Counted from the stretch's first letter, positions 6,888 to 19,484 are shown. The stretch: 64,000 nucleotides of DNA from Deltaproteobacteria bacterium (GCA_016930875.1 JAFGFW010000170.1:2027-66026), one strand, 5' to 3'. Numbers and translations: made by a program. The notes: generated by a model from the sequence alone, not told the origin.

Positions 6888-9800
6888 ATGAAGATCAAAG
6901 AGTTAGATATTGTCGGGTTTAAGTCTTTTCAGGATAAAACAACCATGCAGTTTCCTCAAGGCATTTGTGCCGTAGTAGGTCCCAACGGATGCGGGAAGAG
7001 CAACATCGTTGACGCGCTGCGTTGGGTTATGGGGGAACAGAGTGTCAAGCAACTCCGCGGCAAGTCCATGGAAGACATCATCTTTTCGGGCAGCGAGAAT
7101 AAAGGCGCCTTGAATCTGGCCGAGGTGAAGCTGACACTCATTAATGACAACGGCAACACACCTGAAGAATATCGAGACTTTTCCGAGATCATGATAAGCC
7201 GACGCCTGTTCCGTTCGGGTGAAAGCGGTTACTTCATCAATAAGCGGCCGTGCAGGCTTAAAGACGTCCAAAACCTGTTGATGGGAACCGGTGTCGGGTC
7301 AAGGACCTATGCCATCATCGAACAGGGAAAGATTGGAACACTCCTTGATGCCGGCCCTGAAGAACGACGGTTCTTCATCGAAGAAGCAGCAGGCACCACC
7401 AGATATAAGAGCCGAAAACACGAAGCCCTTCTAAAAATTCACCGAACCCAGCAGAATCTGTTGCGCATCAGTGATGTTATCTCCGAAGTTAAACGCCAGA
7501 TGAGCAGTCTCAAGCGCCAGGCCAGGAAAGCTGAGCGCTACAAGACCTATCAAAAACAGATTGAAGACCTGGAAATAAAGCTGGCAAGCTATCAATACAA
7601 GGCTATCTCGGCCAAACTGGACGAAACCGCGGGCTTGCTGGAATCCTTGCGAGACGCGGACTTCAAGCACGAATCCCAGCTGGCAAAGCTGGACGCCGCC
7701 ATTGAACAGATCAAAGAGGAACGAGCAGCCAAGCACCAGCGTATCTCAGAAGACAAGGCCCGAAGGTATGACCTGCAGCGCTCGCTCGACAAACTGGAGG
7801 CGGACATTGATTATAGTGCCAGAGACTTGGAACGTTTGATTGCTGAAGGTGATCATGTCAAGGCCGAGCTAAAAGAAATTGAGGGGAAAAAAAGGGAAAT
7901 CGCTGGAGAATGCCGCAACCTCGAGGAACGAAAGTCCGCCATCCGCGAAGACATGCGCAATATTGAGGATACCGTAGCACAAGAAGTGGGTGTCGAGGGG
8001 GCAATCAGAAAGCGTATTGAGCAGTCGAATCAACGCCTTGAGGCCAAGAAAACGAAGCTGGTAAACCTGGCAAGCCGCAAGGCGACTTATCAAAACACCC
8101 TGGAGAATGCCTCCCGAAACAGGGCAAACCTCTCAAGACGGCTTGATCAACTCAAAACGGAAAAAATCGAAACCGAAAACGAAGTCATCGGCTTTGGCAA
8201 AAAGATGGCTGCAGCCGAAGACAGACGCCATGCCTTGAAAGGGAGCCTAAACGAAATAACGGCGGTTCTTGAATCGTTGGAGAAACAACTCCGGGAAAAC
8301 CGTGAAGCCCTCAGCCAGCAAGTCCGTGAGACCCAAGCTGCGGAACTTGAACGGCAAAAGATACGATCCCAATACGGGGCGCTCAAAAAGATGGATGAAA
8401 ACTATGAGTGGTTCAGGAAAGGCGTTCAGGTTGTCATGAGGCAATGGAAATCCCGAAACATTGAGGAAGCAGGCATTTGTGGCCTTGTGGCTGACGTTAT
8501 CGAACCCGAACCCTCCTATGAAGATGCTGTGGAAGCAGCTCTAGGTGAAACCTTACAATACGTCATTGTCAAAGACCATCAGGGGGCTGTGACAGCCATT
8601 GACTCTCTCCGGACCCTCTCGGGAGGCCGAGGTGGTTTCATTCCAATGAAGACGGTCAGGCCCTTGACTGGCGCAATTTCCAGCTCCGATTCCCAGACTC
8701 ACGATCTCCTTATCAAATATGTCAAAATCCAGGGAGGCTACGAACACCTGGTTCAAGCTCTTCTTGGTCATGTCATGGTTGCTGAAGACCTTGGAGTGGC
8801 CTTGCAATTGTGGAACCAAAACGGGTCACCCCAGGCCATTGTAACGCCTCAAGGAGATCGCGTCTGCCCTCAAGGCATACTGACTGGCGGAAGCACAGAG
8901 AACAGCGGATCCGGCATCCTGACCAAGAAGAAGGAAGTAAGGAATCTGGCAGCACAGCTCTTGGAGTTGGATAGCTCTGTTGAGAGCGCCAGGGCCAGAC
9001 AAAAAGAGCTGGAAACCGAAGCAGTGGCGCTGGAGACAGAACTTCAGCAGGCCCGACAAGCCCAAAGCGAGAAAAATCAACAGCTCGTCGAGGTAGAAAA
9101 AGACCTTTACGTTGTCCGGGAAAGGCTCGAACATGCCCAGAGCCATCTGGAGATCCTTTGCCTTGAGGAACAACAGATTGAAGGAGAGCAAATTGACGTA
9201 GAGCAAGAACTTTCAAGACATCAGGAGATCGTGACTGAGCTGGCAGAAGAAATCCACGCTGAAGAATCGATGATCGAAGAGACAAAGTCCGATATCAAAG
9301 AAACGTCGGAAAAGCTGCAATATATCAGCGAAAAAGTCGTAGAACTCAAGCTGCAACTGACTGCCTTGCAGGCAGAATACGAGAGCTCGGAGAGCACTTT
9401 GAGACGGTTAACGGATTTTCAGCGCGACAGGAACAAAAAGCTTGCCCAGTTAGAGCGAGGGCTGAGACATACAGAGGAAGACATAGTTGCCACTGAAAAA
9501 CGATTGTCAACAGATCGAGCCAAGATTGGCGAGCAATGCACGAAACTCAAGACCATGGAAGAGGCTCTGGCTCAAAGCGAAACTGAATACCAGACCATTG
9601 AACGAGCATTGCAGCAAAATGATCAAGCCCTTTCTGAGGTTAGAACAAGACGACAAGAGACCTTCCAAAAGATCCAGCAGCTCGAGTTGAAGCAATCCGA
9701 AAGAGAGATGAAACGCAATCATCTCGCCGGTCGTATTCGGGAGAAATACCATCAACAAATTGAAATATTGACACAGCAATGCGAGACTGAGGGCTTTTCG

Positions 9801-10442
9801 GTGGAAAAGACACTAGATGCTTTGACGGAACAGCGGGAGAGGATCGCAAGAATCGGGGACGTCAACCTCACGGCCATCGAGGAATACGAAACCCTGAACG
9901 AACGATATCGCCTCCTGACCCAACAGCGCGACGACCTCGTGGGCGCAATTGATGCCCTTCATCAGGTCATCCGAAAGATCAATCGGGTCTCTTTGAAACG
10001 GTTCATGAAAACCTTTAAGGCCGTCAACGAGAAAGTCCAGACAGTCTTCCCCAAGCTCTTTGAGGGAGGAACAGCCAAACTGACGCTGACCAATCCGAAA
10101 CGGCCCTTGGAGTCGGGCATCTCTTTCCTCGTACGTCCTCCCGGGAAAAAGCTCACGCGCATGAGTCTCCTTTCCGGCGGGGAAAAGGCTCTCTCAGCTA
10201 TTGCCCTCGTCTTTTCTCTTTTCATGATAAAGCCAACGTCATTTTGTGTTCTTGATGAAATTGATGCTCCGCTGGATGAAATGAACGTCTCCCGCTTTAA
10301 CCATCTTCTCCAGGAGATAGGGAAAAAGTCTCAGGTTGTGATGGTTACCCATAACAAGCAAACCATGGAAATGGCCCATGCACTCTTTGGCGTGACCATG
10401 GAGGAAAAAGGGATATCCAAGCTTGTCTCAATCAATCTATGA
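6888..10442 (+). CDS. smc: chromosome segregation protein SMC
   Basis: 1184 aa. Walker A GPNGCGKSN, long coiled coils, a hinge, the LSGGEKALSAIAL signature and Walker B CVLDEIDAPLD. Confidence 0.95.
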   Translation: MKIKELDIVGFKSFQDKTTMQFPQGICAVVGPNGCGKSNIVDALRWVMGEQSVKQLRGKSMEDIIFSGSENKGALNLAEVKLTLINDNGNTPEEYRDFSEIMISRRLFRSGESGYFINKRPCRLKDVQNLLMGTGVGSRTYAIIEQGKIGTLLDAGPEERRFFIEEAAGTTRYKSRKHEALLKIHRTQQNLLRISDVISEVKRQMSSLKRQARKAERYKTYQKQIEDLEIKLASYQYKAISAKLDETAGLLESLRDADFKHESQLAKLDAAIEQIKEERAAKHQRISEDKARRYDLQRSLDKLEADIDYSARDLERLIAEGDHVKAELKEIEGKKREIAGECRNLEERKSAIREDMRNIEDTVAQEVGVEGAIRKRIEQSNQRLEAKKTKLVNLASRKATYQNTLENASRNRANLSRRLDQLKTEKIETENEVIGFGKKMAAAEDRRHALKGSLNEITAVLESLEKQLRENREALSQQVRETQAAELERQKIRSQYGALKKMDENYEWFRKGVQVVMRQWKSRNIEEAGICGLVADVIEPEPSYEDAVEAALGETLQYVIVKDHQGAVTAIDSLRTLSGGRGGFIPMKTVRPLTGAISSSDSQTHDLLIKYVKIQGGYEHLVQALLGHVMVAEDLGVALQLWNQNGSPQAIVTPQGDRVCPQGILTGGSTENSGSGILTKKKEVRNLAAQLLELDSSVESARARQKELETEAVALETELQQARQAQSEKNQQLVEVEKDLYVVRERLEHAQSHLEILCLEEQQIEGEQIDVEQELSRHQEIVTELAEEIHAEESMIEETKSDIKETSEKLQYISEKVVELKLQLTALQAEYESSESTLRRLTDFQRDRNKKLAQLERGLRHTEEDIVATEKRLSTDRAKIGEQCTKLKTMEEALAQSETEYQTIERALQQNDQALSEVRTRRQETFQKIQQLELKQSEREMKRNHLAGRIREKYHQQIEILTQQCETEGFSVEKTLDALTEQRERIARIGDVNLTAIEEYETLNERYRLLTQQRDDLVGAIDALHQVIRKINRVSLKRFMKTFKAVNEKVQTVFPKLFEGGTAKLTLTNPKRPLESGISFLVRPPGKKLTRMSLLSGGEKALSAIALVFSLFMIKPTSFCVLDEIDAPLDEMNVSRFNHLLQEIGKKSQVVMVTHNKQTMEMAHALFGVTMEEKGISKLVSINL

Positions 10443-10485
10443 AATCGCTTCGCGATTTCATCCGACGCGGCTTCGCCGTTTAAAA
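10441..10485 (+). repeat. REP-like twin-hairpin element (GAAATCGC-TTC-GCGATTTC, then CGGC-TTC-GCCG)
   Basis: Palindromes read directly from the sequence. Related copies lie at 19616-19660 and 61766-61838, and probably in inverted tandem form at 16014-16083. Confidence 0.7.
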
Positions 10486-10487
10486 AT

Positions 10488-11558
10488 ATGAAATGGTTTA
10501 GAAGAAAAAAGAAGGCAGAAAAGGCCCCTGAGGAAGAACCCTGCCAGCCCGTGGGACAGGATTTTCAGCCTGACGCAGCACAAGAGGCTGAACAGATTCT
10601 CGAATCAGTTGAGACTGAAGAGCAAGATGTTGCGACCGAGGAAGAAAAACAAGGATTTTTCCGGAGACTCAGAAACCGCCTCTCCAAGACACGAAAGTCC
10701 TTTGTAAACCGTGTGGATCAGCTTTTGCTGGGGAAAAAGGAGATTGACGAAGAACTCCTCGAAAACCTTGAAGAAATACTCATCACCTCGGACATAGGCG
10801 TGCAGACCACCATGGACTTAATCCAAAAAGTGAGAGAAAAGATCGGTAGGAAAGACGTGAACAATACTGAAGAACTCAAGGAGGCTCTTCAAGAAGAGAT
10901 CCTGGCTTTTCTCAAGGTCGAGCCAGGTCCAGACAGTGTTTCCCTGGAAACACCTTATGTCATAATGGTAGTGGGAGTAAACGGTGTAGGTAAGACAACA
11001 ACGATTGGCAAGCTTGCTGCTCGTTATATGAAGGACGGCAAGCGGGTTCTGTTGGTTGCCGCTGACACCTTCCGGGCAGCAGCCGTTGAGCAGTTGGACA
11101 TTTGGGCCCAACGTGTGGGCTCTGAAGTGGTCCGGCACAAGGGAAAGTCCGACCCTTCCGCTGTGGTCTATGATGGTATTCATGCGGCAAGATCAAGGGG
11201 CGTTGATGTGGTTATCATTGACACTGCAGGACGTCTTCACACCAAAGTCAATCTTATGGAAGAACTCAAGAAAATCCGTCGGACAGTGGCCAGGCAACTC
11301 CCTGACGCCCCCCATGAAATCCTGCTGGTGCTTGATGCCACGACCGGACAGAATGCCATCTCGCAAGCTCAACTCTTTCACGAAGCCATTGAAATCACCG
11401 GAATTGCCCTTACCAAACTGGACGGCACGGCAAAGGGAGGGATCGTCGTGGGCATATGCCACAGCCTCGGGCTTCCCCTCAAATATATTGGCCTGGGAGA
11501 AAAGGTCGATGACCTGCAGGAGTTTGACGCTGATGCCTTTATGAAGGCGTTGTTCTAG
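10488..11558 (+). CDS. ftsY: signal recognition particle receptor FtsY
   Basis: Acidic N-terminus, [22 protein letters not shown] and [10 protein letters not shown] motifs. Confidence 0.95.
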   Translation: MKWFRRKKKAEKAPEEEPCQPVGQDFQPDAAQEAEQILESVETEEQDVATEEEKQGFFRRLRNRLSKTRKSFVNRVDQLLLGKKEIDEELLENLEEILITSDIGVQTTMDLIQKVREKIGRKDVNNTEELKEALQEEILAFLKVEPGPDSVSLETPYVIMVVGVNGVGKTTTIGKLAARYMKDGKRVLLVAADTFRAAAVEQLDIWAQRVGSEVVRHKGKSDPSAVVYDGIHAARSRGVDVVIIDTAGRLHTKVNLMEELKKIRRTVARQLPDAPHEILLVLDATTGQNAISQAQLFHEAIEITGIALTKLDGTAKGGIVVGICHSLGLPLKYIGLGEKVDDLQEFDADAFMKALF

Positions 11559-11566
11559 GTAATCCA

Positions 11567-12928
11567 ATGGCAAAAAACGTTCTTGTCATCGACGACGAAT
11601 CTAACTTGCGTCACATGCTAACTGCAGTCCTTGAAAAGGCCGGGTATGCGGTTGTTGGCGCTGCAAACGGCATGGATGCCTTGCCCTTGCTGGAAAGCAG
11701 GGGCTTTGACGTTGTCCTCTGTGATCTGCGCATGCCGAAAATGGACGGGATTGACTTCCTGAAAGAGATAGCCGAACGACGTATCAACACAACGACAATT
11801 GTGATGTCGGCATACGGCACAATCGATACAGCCGTGGAAGCCATGAAGCTTGGTGCGGCAGACTACATCTCCAAGCCCTTCAAACCGGAGGAGATCCTTC
11901 TTAAACTAACGCAGGTTGAAGAACGGAACCGATTGAGAGAAGAAAATGTCAGGCTCCGGAATGCTGTCCAGCAAACCTACTCATTTCAGAATATGGTGGC
12001 CAAAAGCAAGGCAATGGCAGGAATCTTTGTGACTATTCGCAAGGTTGCCGACTACAAGACAACAGTCTTAATTACAGGCGAAAGCGGCACTGGAAAGGAG
12101 TTGATTGCCAGGGCCATTCACTATAACGGCTTTCGAAAAAACAAGCCTTTGGTAGCCGTCAACTGTGGGGGCTTGCCCGAAAACCTTTTAGAAAGCGAGC
12201 TCTTTGGGCATGTGAAGGGAGCCTTCACTGACGCAGCCAAAGACAAGAAAGGGCTCTTTCAAGAAGCAAATGGGGGCACTCTCTTCCTTGATGAGATCGG
12301 AGAACTGCCCCTGGCTCTTCAGGTGAAGCTACTCCGGGTCCTGCAAGACGAAATAGTGAGGCCCGTGGGCACCACGGAATCCATCAAGGTTGATGTGCGA
12401 ATCATTGCAGCTACGTCAGTAGATTTGGCAAATGAGGTCAAAGACGGAACCTTTCGAGACGACCTTTTTTACAGAATCAATGTGCTCCTTATCGAAGTGC
12501 CTGCCCTGCGCAATCGAAAAGAGGACATTCCGCTCCTGGTCAATCATTTTGTCGGTAAGTTCAAAAAGCGACTCAAAAAAGAGAGGAAGACATTTCGACC
12601 GGATGCGCTTCAAGCCCTCATGGACTATTCGTGGCCAGGCAACGTCAGAGAACTGGAAAACGTTATTGAACGTACTATGGTATTGACCGAACTGGACGAG
12701 ATCCCCCTCAGTGAACTACCGGATTCGATACGGGATATTCCCTCAACCATAGGTGGCCCTTTGCCTTCCAACGAAATCTCGCTCAAGGCAAATACCATGG
12801 CTCTCGAAAAAGCCCTGATTGAAAGGGCTCTGGCGAAAACTGACAACAATCGCACCCGTGCAGCCAGACTCCTGGAAATCAGTCATCCCACGCTTCTTTC
12901 AAAGATGAAAACCTACAGCATTTCGTAG
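11567..12928 (+). CDS. sigma-54-dependent response regulator (NtrC family: REC + AAA+ + Fis-type HTH)
   Basis: REC domain (DDE..DLRMPKMDG), GESGTGKE Walker A, GAFTDA (GAFTGA-type sigma-54 contact loop), and C-terminal RTRAARLLEISHPTLLSKMK. Confidence 0.9.
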   Translation: MAKNVLVIDDESNLRHMLTAVLEKAGYAVVGAANGMDALPLLESRGFDVVLCDLRMPKMDGIDFLKEIAERRINTTTIVMSAYGTIDTAVEAMKLGAADYISKPFKPEEILLKLTQVEERNRLREENVRLRNAVQQTYSFQNMVAKSKAMAGIFVTIRKVADYKTTVLITGESGTGKELIARAIHYNGFRKNKPLVAVNCGGLPENLLESELFGHVKGAFTDAAKDKKGLFQEANGGTLFLDEIGELPLALQVKLLRVLQDEIVRPVGTTESIKVDVRIIAATSVDLANEVKDGTFRDDLFYRINVLLIEVPALRNRKEDIPLLVNHFVGKFKKRLKKERKTFRPDALQALMDYSWPGNVRELENVIERTMVLTELDEIPLSELPDSIRDIPSTIGGPLPSNEISLKANTMALEKALIERALAKTDNNRTRAARLLEISHPTLLSKMKTYSIS

Positions 12929-13144
12929 AACTCATGTGCGGAAAAGCCTGTGTTTCAGGCAAAAAAGGATGGATAGTTACGGCAAACTACGGTGTATTGG
13001 TGCTCCACGCAAAAAAAATATAAGAAAAACCAATTATGCGGTTGACATCTCACAATTATCAATGTAAGGAGGACGCCATAACAGCTGGCTCTTACACTGC
13101 ATAAGGATTGGGGTTAACCAAGAACAAAAGGGAGGGAAGAAATT

Positions 13145-13417
13145 ATGACAAAGGCAGAACTTGTGGACAACATGGCCAAGGATGCCGGCATTTCCAAGGC
13201 GGCGGCGGGAACGGCTCTTAACTCTTTTGTCGACAGCGTAACCAAGGCCTTGAAGAAAAAAGACGGCAAGGTGACATTGGTCGGCTTCGGGACCTTCTCA
13301 AAGGTACGCCGCAAAGCCCGTAAGGGAAGAAATCCTCAGACTGGAGAAACCATCAAGATCAAGGCATCCAATACGGTAAGATTCAAGCCGGGGAAAGCTC
13401 TGAAAGAAGCTATCTAA
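13145..13417 (+). CDS. hup: HU-family DNA-binding protein
   Basis: 90 aa, MTKAELVD..GFGTFSKVRRKARKGRNPQTGETIKI, the classic HU arm. A GGGAGGGAAG Shine-Dalgarno lies upstream. Confidence 0.95.
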   Translation: MTKAELVDNMAKDAGISKAAAGTALNSFVDSVTKALKKKDGKVTLVGFGTFSKVRRKARKGRNPQTGETIKIKASNTVRFKPGKALKEAI

Positions 13418-13445
13418 GCGCGGACTGACAGGTTTTTGGTATTCA

Positions 13446-13493
13446 TTGGTTCCTATTCGGAAATATCTTTTTCGGATGGGAACCAATTTTTTT
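13446..13493. terminator. hairpin plus T-run between convergent hup and acyP
   Basis: TTGGTTCC...GGGAACCAA stem followed by TTTTTTT (13487-13493). The acyP stop lies at 13492. Confidence 0.6.
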
Positions 13494-13773
13494 ATGCAAA
13501 GGTGATCTGAAAGGTGTCAAACTGCCCTGTGTGGGATTCCCATTCAACGGCCACCTTGTTCACGCGAGCCAAAGGCGGACCAGCCTCGCACCACTTCAGC
13601 ATAGATTTTACGTCATTCTCCTCGCCTTCAAATACTGCTTCGACTCGGCCATCGCGCATATTCCTCACCCAACCTTTGACGTTCCGCTCCGAGGCTGCGA
13701 GCCTCGTGTCCATCCTGAAGCAGACCCCCTGGACGCGTCCGTCAATTACTGCATGTGCTCTAACCTTTTTCAT
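13492..13773 (-). CDS. acyP: acylphosphatase
   Basis: 93 aa. V.G.VQGVCFR and GWVRN..DG.VE motifs. Confidence 0.9.
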   Translation of the reverse strand: MKKVRAHAVIDGRVQGVCFRMDTRLAASERNVKGWVRNMRDGRVEAVFEGEENDVKSMLKWCEAGPPLARVNKVAVEWESHTGQFDTFQITFA

Positions 13774-13790
13774 GACCTTATCTCCTGTTG

Positions 13791-15953
<2,163 letters not shown>

Positions 15954-16013
15954 CTATGCCTCTTCCTAACCCGGACAAGCCGGAACCAAAAAAGAAAAAA
16001 TTACCACGTGCTG

Positions 16014-16083
16014 TTCTCAAGGCGAACGCCGCAACGCACGAAAATACGTCTCTTCTCAAGGCGAACGCCGCAACACACGAAAA
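16014..16083. repeat. two tandem 38-bp-period direct repeats (TTCTCAAGGCGAACGCCGCAACRCACGAAAAT)
   Basis: Copies at 16014-16045 and 16052-16083 differ at one position. They are followed by a CACGAAA / TTTCGTG inverted repeat and by TTCGT-type short repeats up to 16135. Confidence 0.8.
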
Positions 16084-16140
16084 TTCTAATACTATCTCTA
16101 TTTCGTGCTTTCGTCCTTTCGCGCCTTCGTGATTATCTTA

Positions 16141-16893
16141 TTACTTCTCCTTGACCACGGATTGGCTCATTTTTTGACATATCCTGTGTATAACCTCGGC
16201 TGCCACCTTGCGCGATCTGTTGAACCTTTTGCTTGAAAACCCGGGCATCCAGCGCAGTGAGCCAATCTCATCTGAGACCACAAGCAGCGCCCCTATGTCC
16301 ACCTGACGGAACCTGGCTACGGTAAATAAAGCCGAGAGTTCCATATCCACGCCAAGCACACCCCTGTTTTGAAACAAAATGACGTCCTGCTTGGTTTCTC
16401 TGTAAGGGGCATCCGTTGACCACACAGCGCCCCTGTGAAAAGAGATCAAGCCCTCCTTGAAGCTCTGCTCAATGGCCTTAAACACAATCCCCGACGGCCT
16501 TGGGCGTGAATCAGCCACCGGGTAGTGCCCGGATGTCCCCTCCCCTATCACCGCCCTGTCAGGAACCACGAAGTCTGAAATCTGCACCACCTGTTGCAGC
16601 GAACCGCACCACCCAAAAAAGAGGATCTTTTGCGCCCCCAGCACAATTAACTTCTCAAGAACCATTGCTGCGTAAGGGGCGCCAAGCACAGGTCCGACCA
16701 AGGTGATGTCCTGATGAGACACCGCAACCGTGTACAAATTGCTCGTCAGAATTCTGGACCTTGCTCTGCCTTGGATGCCCATCGATCTCCGCATCAGGGC
16801 CAGATCTTTTTCCATGGCCACCATGACAGCGACAGGACCGATACTGGGATCGTGCTTGCCCTTTCTGGGACAAATAATTGCATCTTGCGTCAT
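16141..16893 (-). CDS. nucleoside phosphorylase family protein (PNP/UDP-1 superfamily)
   Basis: GAPYAAMVLEKLIVLGAQKILFFGWCGSL and GVDMELSALFTVA motifs. The ATGA start overlaps the upstream glycosyltransferase stop. Confidence 0.7.
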   Translation of the reverse strand: MTQDAIICPRKGKHDPSIGPVAVMVAMEKDLALMRRSMGIQGRARSRILTSNLYTVAVSHQDITLVGPVLGAPYAAMVLEKLIVLGAQKILFFGWCGSLQQVVQISDFVVPDRAVIGEGTSGHYPVADSRPRPSGIVFKAIEQSFKEGLISFHRGAVWSTDAPYRETKQDVILFQNRGVLGVDMELSALFTVARFRQVDIGALLVVSDEIGSLRWMPGFSSKRFNRSRKVAAEVIHRICQKMSQSVVKEK

Positions 16894-18236
16894 GCCTTGG
16901 TCACGGACTCCCGGTTTTTTCTTTGATCAGGTGTCTGGCCTTTTGACCCTGCCTTGTCAGGGGTTCCAGTCCTACCGGTGATCTCACGAAGAAACGGCAG
17001 CGCCTCTTGTTTGTAAACAACATCCCACACATATCGGCGCATCACATTGCGAAACATCAGGTGAGTATTTGAACATGCCAAGTATTCGACAATGCGCCCT
17101 GCAATAAACAATGGAGGTTCATCCAGCCCAAAGAAACATACACCCTCACCCAGTTCCCTAAACGGCCAGATGTCGGAGCAAGCAATGGGCAGTTTGATCA
17201 TACCTGCCTCCAACAACGGCAGCCCAAAGCCTTCGTCCTTACTCGTCATAAGGAGCAGATCCGCCATAAGATAAAGGTCTCGAATAAAGACACGATCAGA
17301 AACCAGCTTTGTCTTATTGCGAAACCTGTACTCGGCCAAAATAGCGATGTTGTCCTGCAGGCCCAGTTCCTTGATCCAGTACCGCAGTCTTCGGTAATAC
17401 GCCACAGCCCGTTCTTCATGAGGATCATAGGCGCCTGTGAGTACAAAAAGGACGTTATGACCCAATAACTTGATCCCTCGAATGATGTGGATGGCGAGCT
17501 CCAGGTTCTTTCGCGGCGTGATCCTTGACGGCTGCACGACCACAAGGTCCCGGCCAAACAGATCAAGTTCTTCTGATAGCATCACCGATCTTTGATCAAC
17601 GTAGAAAAAGCGCACCGGATCAATCCCGTTGTGTATAACCCTCCACGAGGCATCTCCACAGTGTTTCCTGAACAACTCCTTTCGTGACTCCGAGACAGTC
17701 ACGTAATGTATGTTCGGATGCACGTGCTGAAGCACAAGCCATGGGAGCCCGTTCAGATATTTCGGGGGACCGGCTTGAAAATAAGGCGAATCGTGGGCCC
17801 AACTCACCACTACCGGGCCGTCTTCCGAATCTGCAAGACGTCGCAAGCCCAGGGTCAGGGGAAGGTTAAACGGCATGTGAAGCACATTATGGGCAATTAT
17901 GATATCAATGTCTCGAGACCAGTCTTTTAGAATTCCATGAATCCTGTTTGTGGGCCCCTCCAAGGCCCCTTGACGCCCCTTCTTGCATTCTTCCTGGGCC
18001 TTGATGATCCGAGCGTTTTTTGAACCCAAGACCGGTTCTATCCGTACAGGAAAATCCTTGGTGAATACCTCACCCATGCCGGCCAGCACTGAGACCGAGT
18101 GGCCCCTCCGATGAAAAACAGAGGCCTGCTGACTGAGGATCTCTTCCACGCCGCCTATAACCGGCGGGCACGAGTAGTGCAAAATCCCCAGCCGTAAAGA
18201 CACCCCAGAGGTCTTGTCAGGATTGTTCACAGGCAT
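16890..18236 (-). CDS. glycosyltransferase (GT-B, GT4-like)
   Basis: 448 aa. The C-terminal half has the EGFGLPLLEA E-x7-E-type motif and the N-terminal half is GT4-like. Confidence 0.75.
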   Translation of the reverse strand: MPVNNPDKTSGVSLRLGILHYSCPPVIGGVEEILSQQASVFHRRGHSVSVLAGMGEVFTKDFPVRIEPVLGSKNARIIKAQEECKKGRQGALEGPTNRIHGILKDWSRDIDIIIAHNVLHMPFNLPLTLGLRRLADSEDGPVVVSWAHDSPYFQAGPPKYLNGLPWLVLQHVHPNIHYVTVSESRKELFRKHCGDASWRVIHNGIDPVRFFYVDQRSVMLSEELDLFGRDLVVVQPSRITPRKNLELAIHIIRGIKLLGHNVLFVLTGAYDPHEERAVAYYRRLRYWIKELGLQDNIAILAEYRFRNKTKLVSDRVFIRDLYLMADLLLMTSKDEGFGLPLLEAGMIKLPIACSDIWPFRELGEGVCFFGLDEPPLFIAGRIVEYLACSNTHLMFRNVMRRYVWDVVYKQEALPFLREITGRTGTPDKAGSKGQTPDQRKNRESVTKA

Positions 18237-18239
18237 ATG

Positions 18240-19484
18240 TTACCGGAAAGATTCTATCAAAGGCAGAAGCTTTCTCTCCAACACCTCATATGAGAAATGC
18301 CTCTTGCCTAACTCATAATTCTTCTCGACGATCCATCCTATGTTCCCAGGTTCCAGAAATGATTTGATCCGGTCTATGAGCTCAGACGTGACAAAGGATT
18401 CAAATGAAATGACGTCAAAGCCGCATGGTTCAATATCTTCTATGAATATTGAATAGCGATTTACGACAACCGGCTTCTTGAAGTAGATCGCTTCCAGAAA
18501 GGCATTTCCGAACCCTTCATAACCTGAAGGGTACGTAACCAGATCGGCATTGTGATATGCATCTTCAATCGTGTATTTCCTGTCGCATCTAGCCTTAAAA
18601 CATCTGGCTGATCCGATTTTGTCACCCACATATACGACCTCTACCCCAAGACGTTCGGCGTATTCTATCACCCGTTTGGCATAGAGACTACCCTCGTCAC
18701 CGGATTCATGGGAAATTACGACTCGGGGCCGCTTAAGCTTCATCAGACTCACTAGCTCAACTGCCCGTTCAATCCACTTCCGGGGCACAACCCTTGTGGG
18801 CTGAAGGACAAAGAGATCATCATCTTCAAACTCGAGTTCTTCACGGAGTAACTTGCCGTTGGGAGGCGGTGGAGGCGGGCTTGCAAAATCAAAAACATTT
18901 GGAATAACCACATTGCTCATACCCTTCCGGAAGCTCAGTTGCCGGGAAGCCTCGGAGTTTATGACCACATGACGCATGGACCGAAGATTCGGGGGAAAGG
19001 AACACTGGAGGTGGTCGTGAACGGCGTTGATGAGAAAGCGTTTGCGTTCCCAGCTAAAATCGTGGTGGTGCGCTATGGCCGGCATTCCTGTCTCGGCTAT
19101 GAGCTCTGTGAGCGCCCACCCCAGAGGAATGTTCATCGGAATGGCCAGGGCATTTTCCGGAATCAGTAAATCAATGTTAAAATGGCCGCAAAACTCGTAA
19201 AGTCTTGACTTGAGATGTTCCTTGAGCTCAGCCATCTTTGCAGAGAGCGAGGCCCTGCGTGTAGTCTTCTCAAAACACAGGGTAGTGATTTCGAGAATCT
19301 CGGGTGCTTCAAAATGGGCCACGGGTTCCAAAAAAGACCGATCCTGCGGCGTATCGAGTTCTCCCCCGAAAAAATAGCATTCATAGCCGTTTCGTTCCAG
19401 AACCTGATACCACTTGTAGGTCTCCAACGTCACGCCGTCTGTTCCGGCAATCCGTGTGGATACAAACCCGACTCTTTCCATCAC
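18240..19484 (-). CDS. glycosyltransferase (GT-B fold)
   Basis: 414 aa. N-terminal VSTRIAGTDGVTLE and C-terminal YEGFGNAFLEA motifs. Confidence 0.7.
   Translation of the reverse strand: MMERVGFVSTRIAGTDGVTLETYKWYQVLERNGYECYFFGGELDTPQDRSFLEPVAHFEAPEILEITTLCFEKTTRRASLSAKMAELKEHLKSRLYEFCGHFNIDLLIPENALAIPMNIPLGWALTELIAETGMPAIAHHHDFSWERKRFLINAVHDHLQCSFPPNLRSMRHVVINSEASRQLSFRKGMSNVVIPNVFDFASPPPPPPNGKLLREELEFEDDDLFVLQPTRVVPRKWIERAVELVSLMKLKRPRVVISHESGDEGSLYAKRVIEYAERLGVEVVYVGDKIGSARCFKARCDRKYTIEDAYHNADLVTYPSGYEGFGNAFLEAIYFKKPVVVNRYSIFIEDIEPCGFDVISFESFVTSELIDRIKSFLEPGNIGWIVEKNYELGKRHFSYEVLERKLLPLIESFR

Noticed and set aside
8773-9285. 170-aa minus-strand ORF (and several 60-125-aa ORFs) inside smc
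   Set aside because: These are antisense to the coiled-coil region of a confidently called SMC. The repetitive codon usage of coiled coils commonly leaves the antisense frames open, and the ORFs have no motifs and no Shine-Dalgarno.
13042-13075. Sigma-70 promoter for hup (TTGACA at 13042-13047)
   Set aside because: The -35 is perfect, but no acceptable -10 hexamer is found at 16-18 nt (TAAGGA / GTAAGG). This is too weak to call.
16014-16083. Possible CRISPR array (also considered for the heptamer/octamer arrays)
   Set aside because: There are only two direct repeats, with a 6-nt gap rather than unique 30-40-nt spacers. The other arrays have 7-8-nt periods. No cas genes are present in the window.
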